A stretch of DNA of 64,000 nucleotides from Camelus ferus (Eukaryota): positions 70,372,001-70,436,000 of the forward strand of contig NC_045696.1 in assembly GCF_009834535.1 (NCBI RefSeq), in the 5' to 3' direction. Each line of letters starts with the position of its first letter. The stretch's first letter is position 1. Below are positions 51,857 to 64,000 of this stretch, piece after piece. The position numbers and the translations under genes were made by a program. The notes under the pieces were generated by a model that was given only the letters and a program-made list of their open reading frames with translations, searched no databases and was not told where the DNA came from.

Positions 51857-52860
51857 CTCCCTCATTTCAGACTATACTACAAAGCTACAGTAATCAAAAC
51901 AGTATCATACTGGCACAAAAACAGATGTAGATCAATGGAACAGAAGACAGGGCCCAGAAATAAACTCACACACTTATGGTCAGTTAATCTATAACAAAGG
52001 AGGCAAGAATATACAGTGGAGGAAAGACAGTCTCTTCAATAAGTGGTGCTGGGAAAATTGGGCAGCTACCTGTAAAAGAATGAAATTAGAACATTCTCTA
52101 ACACCATATACAAAAATAAACTCAAAATGAATTTAAGACCTAAGTGTAAGACTGGAAACCATAAAACCCCCTAAAGGAAAACACAGGCAGAACACTGACA
52201 TAAATTGTAGCAATTTTTAAAATCTCTCTCCTAGAGCAAAAGAAAAAAACAAGAACAAATGGGATGTAATTAAATTCATTGACAAAATGAAAAGACAGCC
52301 TACTGAATGGGAGAAAAAAATTGCTAATGATATGACAAATAGGGGGTTAATACCCAAAATATATAAACAGCTCACACAACTCAATATCAAAACAAACAAC
52401 CTGATTAAAAAATGGGCAGAAGACTTGGAGACATTTTTCCAAAAGGAAATGCAGATGGCCAAAAAGCACATGAAACGATGTTCAACATCACTAATAATCA
52501 GGGAAATACAAATGAGAACCACTATGAGATACCACCTCACACCTATCAGAACTGCTATCATCAAATGAATACAAATACGAAATGCTGGGAAAGATGTGGA
52601 GAAAACGGAACCCTTGTACACTGCTGGTAGGAATGTAAACTGGTGCAGCCACTGTGGAAAACAGTATGGAGGTTTCTTAAAAAGCTAAAAATAGAACTAT
52701 GATATAACCCAGCAATTCCACTCTTGGGTATATATCCAAAAAACCCAAAACAAATTTGAAAAGATACATGCATCCCAATGTTCAGAGCAGCATTATTTAT
52801 AATTGCCAAGATATGGAAGCAACCCAAGTATCCATCAACAGATGAATGGATAAAGATGTG

Positions 52861-52907
<47 letters not shown>

Positions 52908-53365
52908 CTCTCTCTCTCTCTCTCTCACAATGGAATACTACTCAGCCATAAAAAAGAACCACATTTTGCCATTTGCAGCAACATGGATGGATTTGGAGGG
53001 CATTATGTCAAGTGAAATAACTCAAAGAAAGACAAATACTGTATAAAATCACTTATATGTGGAATCTAAAAGATATAACTAGGGAATGCAACGAAAAAGA
53101 AACAGACACACAGATACAGAGAACAAACTAGTGGTTAGCAAGGGGAGAGATGGAAGAGGGGAGGAGCAAGATAGAGGTAGAGGAGTAAGAGATAAAAAAT
53201 ATAGGTACAAAATAAGCTACAAGGATGTACTGTACAACACGGGGAATATAGCCAATATTTTATAATAATTATAAATGGAGTATAACCTTTAAAAATTGTG
53301 AATCACTATATTGTACACTTGTAATTCATATGACACTGTACATCATCTAAACTTCAATTTAAAAA
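51857..53365 (+). mobile_element. 5'-truncated L1 (artiodactyl-type) with complete 3' end
   Basis: ORF2 remnant [14 protein letters not shown]...[16 protein letters not shown]. Probable TSD core ggcaaatga at 51848-51856 and 53368-53376. Confidence 0.9.
52863..52927. repeat. Compound (AC)n(TC)n microsatellite
   Basis: Directly visible inside the L1. Confidence 0.95.
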
Positions 53366-54122
53366 AAGGCAAATGATCTTTATGTAAGCCACCATCAGAG
53401 GATGGCTGGAAACGCTGCATCTTTTTCCATGCTTTCTCCTTTTCATGTTCCCTTGACTTTTGTTAAACTATCAACCAGCCATTCTTGGGCCGGTCAGCTG
53501 AGACACTGCAGGCCAGCTTTTCCTGTTGCTATGGAAACAGTGGCTCTGTGAGGCTTTTTCTCTTAAAAATAAAAAATATAAAAACTAACCCCCGAAGCCA
53601 TGATTCAGGAAAAATCATGAGCAAGTACAGCCATCTACATTCCTGACATGAGTGGCAGGACTGGAAACCAGCTATAAAAATTCTGCCTCACCAGAACACT
53701 GGGAGAAAAAATCAGCTCCAAATTCTGATAATACACTTGAATACTTGAGAAACTGATCACCAGTTTCTGGGAGGCTTGGCTGTTAAATCCACCAGTTCAG
53801 TCACCATTAACTTGTAAATATGCCAACAGCAAGAACTATATTTCACTCATCTTGGTCCCTCCAAGACCTGGCACCTTAGAGGCTTGTTGACTATTTACTG
53901 AATTTACCCAGAACTATTAGAAAGGCTTAACACTGCCACTCCCAGTACTCCATCCCTAACTCTGAGGAGAACCTTCACTGTACATTCTTCCAGTGGGTCC
54001 ACCAGCCAGAACACCTGGCCTCTCAGGCTTCTGCAGACACACGGGTAGAGAAGTCTTGTTTAAAATGGGGTTGGCTCAGAGAGTGGCACTGTGCTTTTGT
54101 GATCAAGATCTAAGACAAAACT

Positions 54123-54262
54123 GGGGGGGGGGTAGGTATAGCTCAAGATTGCTCATTCTTAGCATGCATGAGGTCCCAGGTTCAATCCCTGGTACCTCTT
54201 CTAAAAATAAATAGACCTAATTACCTCCCCCCACAAAAAAATAAATAAAAACTTTAAAAAAG
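54123..54262 (+). mobile_element. tRNA-derived SINE, Vic-1-like (camelid)
   Basis: ggg...ggtatagctca...cttagcatgcatgaggtcccaggttcaatccctggtacctc...acctaattacctcccccc plus A-rich tail. B-box ggttcaatcc. TSD gacaaaact at 54114-54122 and 54263-54271. Confidence 0.85.
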
Positions 54263-56729
54263 GACAAAACTGCTTTCTCTGGTTATTGTGTATATAACAA
54301 TCCTAACTTTGCTACTGAAACTGCTAGTTGGTGTTTCTTCAGTAGTCAAGAAGTGATGCGTCACAGCTGAGAAGTGTTTGATGCTGCCTTCAACTAGCTC
54401 TAAATTCCTTTAATCTACCTTAAACACTCTCGACACCTCCAATTTGGATCTGTGCTAGAGAGTTTATTGCAGTGGACTTTTGTGGCAATTTCTATCTAAG
54501 GAAAGTGTTTCCTAATTCTCAAATTTGTAGTCATCCACTATCAAGCACTGGAGAAGTTCTAGGGACGCATATGTGTCTTCCTACTTGTTACATGAAGTTA
54601 TCAGTTAGAGCCCAATTAAGAAGAAATTTTATATATCAGATAAATATGATATGCAAATTTTAAACACTATAGATTATATCTGATAAATATTTCTAATCTA
54701 GAGCTTTCTAAAAGAATATCTAAAATGCAGAATGCTTGCACTGCAAAAAGATGTTCTGTATACACACTGCTGGAATCGGCCAGGTTCTGACCCGGCAGCA
54801 GGGTGAAAGTGTGACTCCTACACGAGACACCTCTCCTGAGTTCACAGGGCCCCACAGAGCACGGCTCCTGGCTCCTCGGCACTTGAATCCAGCTCCTGGC
54901 AGGGCTGACAGTGACAGCAGAGTCACCAAACACTTTCTGCAGTTATTGGTCAACAGAGAATCTCTGGCTCAAATCAAGAACACGGTTGCTCTTTTATGTT
55001 TCTTACACATGTCACTTTGGCAGTCACTCTGTTCAGCAGACACTGGTGGTGCTTCCATCTGTCAGTGCAACTTTGGGAAGAGAGACTGTAGCACCAGGAT
55101 GATAACCAGAATACGTGTGTAGATGCACACATACACTCACGCACAAACATACACACCCAACTAGGGAAGTAACGACGAGGCGCTGAGTCTCACACTCATC
55201 TCCCTTGGAGTATGACTGCTAGAGCTCAAACAGTAAGGACACGACCACGCCGGGAATACAAGCCCGGGAGAGCGATGATGTCTGTTATTCCTTCTCTAGT
55301 TATTCAACAGAAACTTCTTTTGTCCCCTCACTTCCCATAAGATCTATGAAGTCCTGTGGGATCTGTTTCATATCTCATTCACGCAACAACTACTGAGTGA
55401 CTATGTACTTTGCAATCCAGTTAGAGACACAACAGGAAACGGGACCGATGCGGGCCCTGCCCTCATGAAGCAGAGTCTAATGAGGGGCACGCTGTGAGTA
55501 GAGGCAATTTCCACACAGCAGGTAAGTATGCTGGTGGGGACTAGCTCGGGGCACCATGAGAGCTCAAAAAGGAAGTCCTCTGAACTCAGACTTAGGGTGT
55601 CAAAAAGGGTTTTAGGGGAGAATAAAATAGCTAAGACGTCAGTCTGTCTCATCTCCTCACTCCATTAACACAGCATAGGCTTAGGACCTTTCTTCTTGCC
55701 TGGACAACTGCCCTGTTCTTCTAACTGGTCTTTCTGCCTCTAAGCTCACATTTGACAGAAACCCTTGTCCTTGAGATAAAAAGCAAACTTCACAGGCTGG
55801 GGCTCTGTGATCTGGACTCCCATTTATTTCACCAGGCTTCTGCATGCTCCCATAGTTAAGACAAACAGAATCACCCCATTTCCTGAAATGTGCTGTGCTC
55901 ACCCATGTCTGCCTGGAATACCTGTTCCCTTATGTTTCCAGACTGGATCTAGCTTTACCTCCACTGGGAAGCCTTCCCTGACTTACTACTCTGGGAGAGG
56001 GACCTGTTGTGATGTGTATTTTAAAATTATTCCAGACACCATCAACAGTGTGATAGTAAGTATGTGCTAGTAAGTTTAGGCTTCAACTCAGGGGTGGTCA
56101 GTGGCCCTAACCAAGAATCATACTTCAGGGACTGCAGCTCACGTGAACCCCCAAAGGCAGCCACCTTCGGAAGCCGCTTAGCTGTTCACATGTCGACCAA
56201 CTAAGACTGCTCATTAGCTCAAAAAATAGAAATTTTTCCATTGGTGAAATGAATGGCTTGTTTAGTTAGAGTGATAAATATTAGAAATGGACCCTCATTG
56301 CTAAAATAAAAGGTATTCAAGATATGTAGGTTGAATAAAATGTTCTCGAGATGCTTATTTGATAAACGTCTAAGTATGCGAGGATTTGATTTCATTATAA
56401 TCTAGTAACAAGGTTGTAGGGGAGCAGCTAACCATATCTCAAGCTTCTTCACCGGACTCTACCATAAGAAATGCACGAGTTGTACTAAATGGGAGGTCAT
56501 TTCAAATCAGGCCCCTTCCTCCACACCCGCAGCGCCCCCGCCCCCGCGCACCTTTCCAGCAGGCGCTGGGTTGGATGGTAGTTACCAGCGCACCTGTCTA
56601 CCTTTCCCACTAAATGCTGAGGTCCTTGAGAACACGGATTGTATTTCTCATCTCTGTAGTCCGGTTTTTAGGTCAGTATTTAGCATAAATAAATACTTGC
56701 TGAATGGACAATAATATATAAGTAGCATA

Positions 56730-57025
56730 ATAAAGTGAAAGGACATCTGACTGGGAGTTGGGAGACTTGGGTTTTAATACTAGTTTCAGTAACAGCTGAG
56801 GACTTACCATGTGTCATCATTTACTGAGTACTTAATGTGTGTCAGACAGGGTCAGGCACTTAAATCTTACCTCATTTAGGCTTCAGGACAATTCTGAGAG
56901 GTACTATCATTGTTTTACAGAGGAGGAAACAGGCGACTTACTCAAGGTTCTTCAGATAACGAAGCAGAAAACTCATCTCTGAACCTGAGCCTGGTTGAAC
57001 CCAGGCCTGCGTTTTTAACCTCTAC
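56730..57025. mobile_element. MIR relics
   Basis: gagaggtactatcattgttttacagaggaggaaacagg matches the MIR core. Similar weak MIR relics occur near 14500-14640, 22620-22730, 34050-34430, 37600-37780 and 44580-44770. Confidence 0.6.
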
Positions 57026-58113
57026 TTCAGAAACGTGTCCCACAGAACATCTGGGAGAAGCAGAACCCCTCCCCGTGGATCCCAGTTTCCTCCTTTGTTT
57101 TCGGAGTGAGACTAAGTGGCTTACGCCCTCTCCAGCTCCTCACGTGACGGTTCTGAGCGGCAACGATCCCCTCCACCCCCGTCTTGCCTGCCCTCGCTGT
57201 CTGGACAAGACTGGATGAGGTGTTCTTGTGCAGCATGTTACAGAGCTTTTCAGACAACATATTTTGTTTTTACTCTTTTTTCCTTTGAAAAAGGCTCAGG
57301 GGATTCTGAAGGCAGGGAAAAGGGACCTGCTTTTGGCGCACTGCTTTTGAAGCTGGAACCTGCTGTTAGTCGACAGAGCCAGCAAGTTGTTATTTTTGTT
57401 CTACAATCCTCTGCTGACACAGATGCTGGCTGAAATTGTTTAAAAAAAAGGGGGGGGGGCAAGGAAGCAACCTACATCCAGGGACACTTCAGCTATCAGA
57501 GAAATAAAAATGGTAAAAGAAAACAGCAAAAATGTCAATCTGTTTACCATGTTTCTGTACTGCTTTGGCTGGAAGAAGAAGAGGATTTTAGTGGCTCTCC
57601 TGACGTCACCTGAGCATTGCTCAGTTGAAAGACACATCTTATCTATGCCACGAAGTTCACAGTCGGGGGTTGAAGTGGCACATACGAGAGTTCTATCGCA
57701 CAGGTATTTACTGAGGACTTCCTTAGGTGGTATGTGCTGAACTGTTAATGTTGCAGACCACTTTTCTCTAGGCACAGCTATCAGAGGGAAAGTGTATTAT
57801 TAAGAAAAACTATATACCTTTCATCCTTAGAATATCTTTCATCTGCTACCACTCACTGATGCCAGGATGCCCATCTGGCAGAGAGGATGGGAATTCTAAA
57901 ACAATGAAAAGTCCCTAGTTGCCAGGAGACTGATGCTAGGCCCAAACCCCCATGTGGCTTCTCTGGTGACACCTCTTCAAGGCATCCAATCAGAAAGAAC
58001 CTTTGACAGCATTAAGATGATTAAAACTCACTGTCATTTTGAGAACACTATTCAACAGAGGAGAATAAACATACAAGGCGGAAGCTGGTTTTTTGCTTTT
58101 AAAACTCACTCAC

Positions 58114-58167
58114 CTTTTTAACAGCAGGATCACCTTTGGATGGATGACAGGATGGGGACACTTTTAC
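58114..58167 (-). CDS. VPS8: VPS8 third-from-last coding exon (54 nt, phase 0/0)
   Basis: gcctttttttcAG|GTA...AAG|GTgagt, encoding VKVSPSCHPSKGDPAVKK. This resembles the recalled human VKMSPSYHQSKGDPTAKK that precedes the SEPVLDPQQ segment. Too short for the ORF track. Confidence 0.9.
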
Positions 58168-59032
58168 CTGAAAAAAAGGCAAACATGTTGACATCTTCTT
58201 AGAGTCTAGTTTTATTTGACCCACACTCAAAATGATTCAACTAGAATTGGTGTAACTGAGATAGAACAGACATTTTCAGAGGAACAAAGAATAGATTTTT
58301 TTGTTAAGTCCCTTTGAAATTTCTCTGGAGATCAAAAAGTCAGTATTTAGCCAAGATAAAAATGTGATTAGGTTAAAAAAAAAAAAAACCAGATGGTACA
58401 AATTCGTTTTAGCCAAATGGTGAGGAACCTAATAGATACAGATCTTTGTGGACAATGTTAATCAACTGACACGATACGCAGTGGTCAGCACTTCTTGCAG
58501 AGGCCAACTCGGTGTCCTTTCTGATGTAATGTCCCTTTTAAGCCAAACATGCACAAAAGAGCTTGATGATAATAGTGAAGGATTTAGAAAAAGCATCAGC
58601 CAAACCATAGTAAAAGGATGTTTAGCCCACAGGAGAGAAGACTGATGGCACAGGAAGATCTTCAAACACTGGAAGAGCTGAAAGAGACCGTCGGGTGCTA
58701 GAGCAGGACCCAACTGTGTGCTGCCTGCAAGAAATACACTTTAAATATAAAGGCGCAAATAGGTTAAAAGCAAAAAGATTGGAAAGATATACTATGATAG
58801 CACTAGGCTTCAGGGCAAAGATTATTAGCAGGGATATACTGTTTCATAATAATAAAGGAGTCAATTCATCAGGAGGCTGTAACAATCCTAAACGTCTGTG
58901 CATCTCATAGCTTAAATGTACATAAAATAAAATATGATAGAAATGCAAGGAGAAATAGATCTTACAGTCAGAGACTTCCATACCTCTCTCAATAAATGAG
59001 AGAACAAGTAGGAAGACAATTAAAAAGGATAT

Positions 59033-60052
59033 ACCCAATTTAAAAATGGGCAAAGGATCTGAATAGACATTTTTCCAAAGAAGACATACAAAAGGCCAAC
59101 AGGTACATGAAAAGACGCTCAATGTCACTAATCATCAGGGAAATGCAAATAAAACCGCCATGCGATATCACCTCACACCAATTAGGATGACTTTTATAAA
59201 AAAAGAGAGAACAATGTTGGTGAGGATGTGGAGGAAGGGAACCCTTACACACTGTCGATGGGAATGTAGATTGGTACAGCTATTATGGAAAAGAGTACAG
59301 CAGTTTCTCAATTTTTTTTTAAACTGAGCTACAGTATCATCCAGCAATCCCACTGCTGAGTATGAATCAGAAGGAATTGAAATCAGTATCTTGAAGAGAT
59401 ACAGGCACAACCATGTTCAGTGCAGCATTATTAACAATAGCCAAGGTATGGGAAAGGCCTAAGTGTCCATCAACACGTGAATGGGTGAAGAAGATGTGTG
59501 TGTGTGTGTATACACATACTCACTGAAATACTACTCAGCCATATAGGAAGGAAATCCTGCTATCTGCAACAACATGGATGGACCCTGAAGGCATTATACT
59601 AAGTGAGAGAAGTCAGACAGAGAAGGACAGATACTGTATAATATTACTTACATGTGGAATCTAGAAAAAACTGAACTCACAAAAACAGAGCGTAGAATGG
59701 TGGTTTGGTGGTTACCAGGGGCTGGGAGGTGTGGGAATTGGAGGGATGTTGTTTAAGGGTATAACCTTGCAACTTGGTGAGAAATAAGCTCTGAAGATCT
59801 AAGGTACAACATAGTGAGCACAGCCAACAATACTGTATTATAAACTTCAAAGTTGCTGAGAGACTAGATCTTCACTGTTTTCAACGCAAAAGAGAAATGG
59901 TAATTATGTGACACGATAAAGGTTTTAGCTAATGCTACTGTGGTAATCATATTCCAACATATAAATGTATCAAACCAACACACTGTATACCTCAAACTAC
60001 ACGATATTGTATGCCAATTAAATCTCAATTTAAAAAACAAATTAAAGAATGG
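59033..60052 (+). mobile_element. L1MA-like 3' end nested in the older L1
   Basis: ORF2 tail plus 3'UTR and A-rich end. Probable TSD aaggatat at 59025-59032 and 60053-60060. Confidence 0.8.
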
Positions 60053-60158
60053 AAGGATATGGAAGATTACACAACGTAACCAGCTATCTTGATCAGATGG
60101 ACACTGACAGAACTCTTCATCCTACAAAAGCAGAATACGTACATATTCTTTTCAAGTA

Positions 60159-62550
60159 CAGCGGTACCTCAGAGATATTACTAACTCAGTTCCAGACCAC
60201 CGCATTAAAGTGAATATTGCAATAAAGTGGGCACACAAACTTGTTGTGTTCCCAGTGCATATAAAAGTTGTTTACACGTAGTCTGTTAAGCAGCATTATG
60301 TCCAAAGAAACAATGTACATACTTCAATTAAAAAATATATTATTGCTGAAAAGTGCTAACTATCATCTGAGTCTTCAGCAAGTCATTAAATTTTTTAGCT
60401 GGCGGAGGGTCGTGCCTCAATGTTGATGGCAGCTGACTGGTCAGGGTGGAGGTTGCTGGAGATGGTGGGGGGACTGTAGCAATTTCTTAAAATAAGACAG
60501 CAATGAAGTTTGCCACATCAGTTGACTCTTTCTTTCACAAATAATTTCTCTGCAGCATGCAATGTTGCTTAACGGCATTTCATTCAACAGAAAGTAGAAT
60601 GTCTTTCAAAATGGGGTCAATCCTCTCAAACCCTGCTGTGGCTTTATCAAATTTATATAATGTAAATCCTTTGTTATCATTTCAACAATCTCCACAGCAT
60701 TTCACCACGAATAGATTCCACCTCAAGAAACCATTTTCTTTGTTTCATTCATAAGAAACAACTCTTCATCCGCTCAAGTTTGCGCATGAGATTGAGCAAT
60801 TCAGTCACATCTTCTGGTTCCACTTCTAATGCTAGTTCTCCTGATGTTTTACCACATCTGCAGTTACTTCCTCCATTGAAGTCATGAACCCCTCAATGTC
60901 GTCCAGAGGGTTGGAATCAACTTCTTCCAAACTCCTGTGAATGTTGCTATTTTGACCTCTTCCCATGAATCACAAATGTTTGTAATGACATCTAGAATGG
61001 TGAATCCTTTCCAGAAGGTTTTCAACTGACTCTGCTCAGATCCATCAGCAGAATCAACATCTATGGCAGCTACAGGTTTATGAAATATATTTCTTACACA
61101 GTAAAACTTAAAAGTCAAAATTACTTCTTGATCCATGGGCTGCAAAATGGATGCTGTGTTAGCAGGCATGAAAACAGATTAATCTCATTGTACATCTCCA
61201 CCAGAGTTCTTGGGTGACCAGGTGTATTGTCAAAAAGCAAGTAATATTTTGAAAGGACGCTTTTTTTTTCTGAGCAGTATGTCTCAAATAGTGGGCTTAA
61301 GATATTCAGTAAGCCATGTTGTAAGCAGATGTGCTGTCATCCAGGCTTTGTTGTTCCATTTACAGAGCACAGGCAGAACACATTTAGCATAATGCTTAAG
61401 GGCCCCAAGATTTTTGGGATGGTAAATGATCACTGGCTTCGTCTTAAAGTCATCAGATACATTAGCCCATAACAAGAGAGTCAGCCTATCCTTTGAGGCT
61501 TTGGAGCCAGGCACTGACTTCTCTCTAGCTGTGGAAGTCCGAGAAGGCAAGGCATCTTCTTCAAATACAAGGCTGCTTCATCCATGCTGAAAATCTGTTG
61601 TTCAGTGTAGTCATCCTCATTAATGATCTGAGCTGGATCTTCTGGACAACTTGCTGCTGCTTCTACACCAGCACTTCCTGCTTCACCTTACACTTTTAAG
61701 TTGTGGAAGATGGCTTCTCCTTCCTTACATCTCATGAACCAACCTCCGCTAGCTTCAGACTTTTCTTCTGAGGCCTCCTCACCTCTCTCAGCCTTCACAG
61801 AATTAAAGAGGATTAGGGCCTTGCTCTGGATTAGGCTTTGGGTTAAAGGAATTTTATGGCTGATATGATCTTCTATCCAGACCATTAAAAGAAACTTTCT
61901 CCACATGAGCAATAAGGTGGTTTGGTTTCTTATCATTCATGTGTTCACTAAAGTAGAACTTTTAATTTCCTTTAAGAACTGTTCCTTTTTATTCACAACG
62001 TGTATAACTATTTGGCACAAGACGCCTAGCTTTTGGCCTATCTTGGTTTTTGACAAGATCGTCTCACTAAGCTTAATCATTTGTAGCTTTGGATTTAAAG
62101 TGAGAGACACGCAGCTCTTCCTTTCACTAGAACACTTAGAGGCCGCTGTAGGGTTATCAACTGGCCTATTTTCAAAATTTTCATGTCTCAGGGAATAGGG
62201 AGGCCCAAGGAGAGGGAGAGAGAGAGGGGAACTGCTGGAGGGGGAGCAGTCAGAACACACACAACATTTGTCTATTAAGCACGCCGTCTTATGTGAGTGT
62301 AGTTTGTGGCTCCCCAAAACAATTACAATAGCAACATCAAAGATCACTGATGTAATAATAATGAAAAAGTTCGAAATATTGTGAGAATTACCAAAATGTG
62401 ACACAGAGACACAAAGTGAACAAATGCTGTTGGAAAAGTGGTGCCAACAGACTTGCTTGATGCAGGGTGGCCACAAACAGCCAATTTGTAACAAAATACA
62501 GTACCCGCAAAGTGTAATATAGAAAAGCACAATAAAACAAGATATGCCCG
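60159..62550 (-). mobile_element. Tigger1 (TcMar/pogo) DNA transposon, near full length, decayed transposase
   Basis: About 2.39 kb with TA TSDs (60157-60158, 62551-62552) and degenerate TIRs cagcggtacctc / gatatgcccg. Frameshifted transposase pieces: [44 protein letters not shown]. Confidence 0.93.
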
Positions 62551-64000
62551 TACACACGGACCATTTACCAACACAGGCCATTTTCTGGCGATAAAACAAT
62601 TTTCAATCAATTTCAAAGAATTCAAGTCATACAAAGAGTGTTCTCTGACCATAACAGAGATAAATTAGACATCAATAACAGAAAGATCTCTGGGAAAATG
62701 TTCAAATTTTTAGGAACTAAGTAACACACTTCTAAGTGACCCATGGATCAAAGAAGAAATCAAAAGGAAATAAAAACACCCATAATTATGAAGAAACAAG
62801 ATGTGAATAGGCCGATCACTAGTAAGAAAACAGTCAGTTAAAAAAACAAAAACAAAAAAACCCCCAAACCTACAACAAAGAAAATCCCAGGACCAGATAG
62901 TTTCATTGGTGAATTCTACCAAACATTTAAAGAATTAACGCCAATCCTTCTCCAACTCTTCCAAAAAACTGAAGAGGAAGGAACACTTTCGAACTCATTT
63001 TAGGAGGTCAGCATTAACCTGAGAAGGGCACTTCAAGAGAACAAAATTAAAGGCCAGTATCCCTAGTGAATATGGATAGAAAAATCATCAACAAAATACT
63101 AGCAAACCAACTTCAACAGCACATTAAAAGGATCATACATCATGATCAAATGGGATTCATCCCCGGGATGCAAAGCGGGTTCAACATACACAAATCAATA
63201 AATGTGATAAACTGCATTAAGAGAATTAAAGTAGGGCATGATCATCTCAACTGATTCAGAAAAATCATTTGGCAAAATTCAACACCTTTGCTGATTAAAA
63301 ACACTCAACAAACTAGGATTGGAAGGAAACTACTTCAACATAAAGCTTCTATGTAGAAAAACACAGCTAACATCACACTCAATGGTGAACCTGAAAGATA
63401 TCTCTCTAAAATCAGAAATAAGACAAGAATGCCTGCTTTCACCACTTCTATTCAACATATTATTAGAAGTCCTAGCCAGAGCAGTTAGGCAAGAAGAATA
63501 AAGGGCACTCAAATTGGAAAGAAACAAATAAAATTACCTCTGTTTGCATATATGATCTTATATGTAGAAACATCTAAATTTAAATTCCACAAAAAACCTG
63601 TTAGAATAAACAAATTAAGCATAGTAGTAGGATACAGAATAATACACAAAAATCAGTTGTGTTTCTATATGCTAATAATAAACAATCCAAAAAGGAAATT
63701 AAGAAAATAATTCCATTTACTATAGCATTAAAATGAATAAAATACTTAGGAATAAACTTAACTAAGGAGGCAAAAGACTTGTATACTGAAAACTACAAAA
63801 TATTGCTGAAAGAAATTAAAGAAGATAAATATAAATAGAAAAACATTCTGTGTTCATGGATTGGAAGATTAAATATTAAGATGTCCACACTATCCAAAGT
63901 AAGCTATAGATTCAATGCAATCCCTATTAAAATCCCAATGGCATTTTTTGCAGAAATAGAAAAATCCACCCTAAAATTTATATGTAAGCTCAAGGGACCC

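Larger units (their letters stand above)
58690..64000 (+). mobile_element. Old L1M ORF2 region, interrupted by two nested insertions and running off the window end
   Basis: EQDPTVCCLQEIHFK (endonuclease), [29 protein letters not shown] and RQECLLSPLLFNILLEVLARA (RT). Confidence 0.9.

Noticed and set aside
54130..54200. tRNA gene
   Set aside because: The tRNA-like head has a damaged D-arm/A-box, plus a SINE tail and TSD, so it is a SINE.
60882..62599. Intact or domesticated transposase gene
   Set aside because: The transposase is broken into several frames by stops and frameshifts, as in an ordinary decayed Tigger1.

Overview
This is mammalian genomic DNA, very likely camelid (a Vic-1-like tRNA-derived SINE and a camelid-type young L1 are present). 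It is not prokaryotic, and there is no CRISPR array or operon. Two genes lie tail to tail. On the + strand are the 3' part of the large first intron, the last coding exon (22927-23483) and the ~4.3 kb 3'UTR of C3orf70 (UPF0524 family). On the - strand are the last three coding exons of VPS8 (58114-58167, 36892-36972, 35441-35590) and its poly(A) signal. Most remaining sequence is intronic or intergenic, with L1, L2, MIR, LTR and DNA-transposon relics, including a near full-length Tigger1. Almost all short ORFs in the track are non-coding noise. Two observations stand out. (1) A 3.2 kb ERV1-class element at 10811-14010 has the structure of an L1-made processed copy of a retroviral RNA: 5'-truncated, ending in U3-R plus poly(A), with a 10-bp TSD at an L1-endonuclease-type site, and carrying a nested solo LTR. 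(2) A candidate frame-preserving 18-nt microexon of C3orf70 lies at 10179-10196. Gene and repeat family names come from recalled sequence knowledge, not from a database search. I found no evidence of a wholly new biological system.
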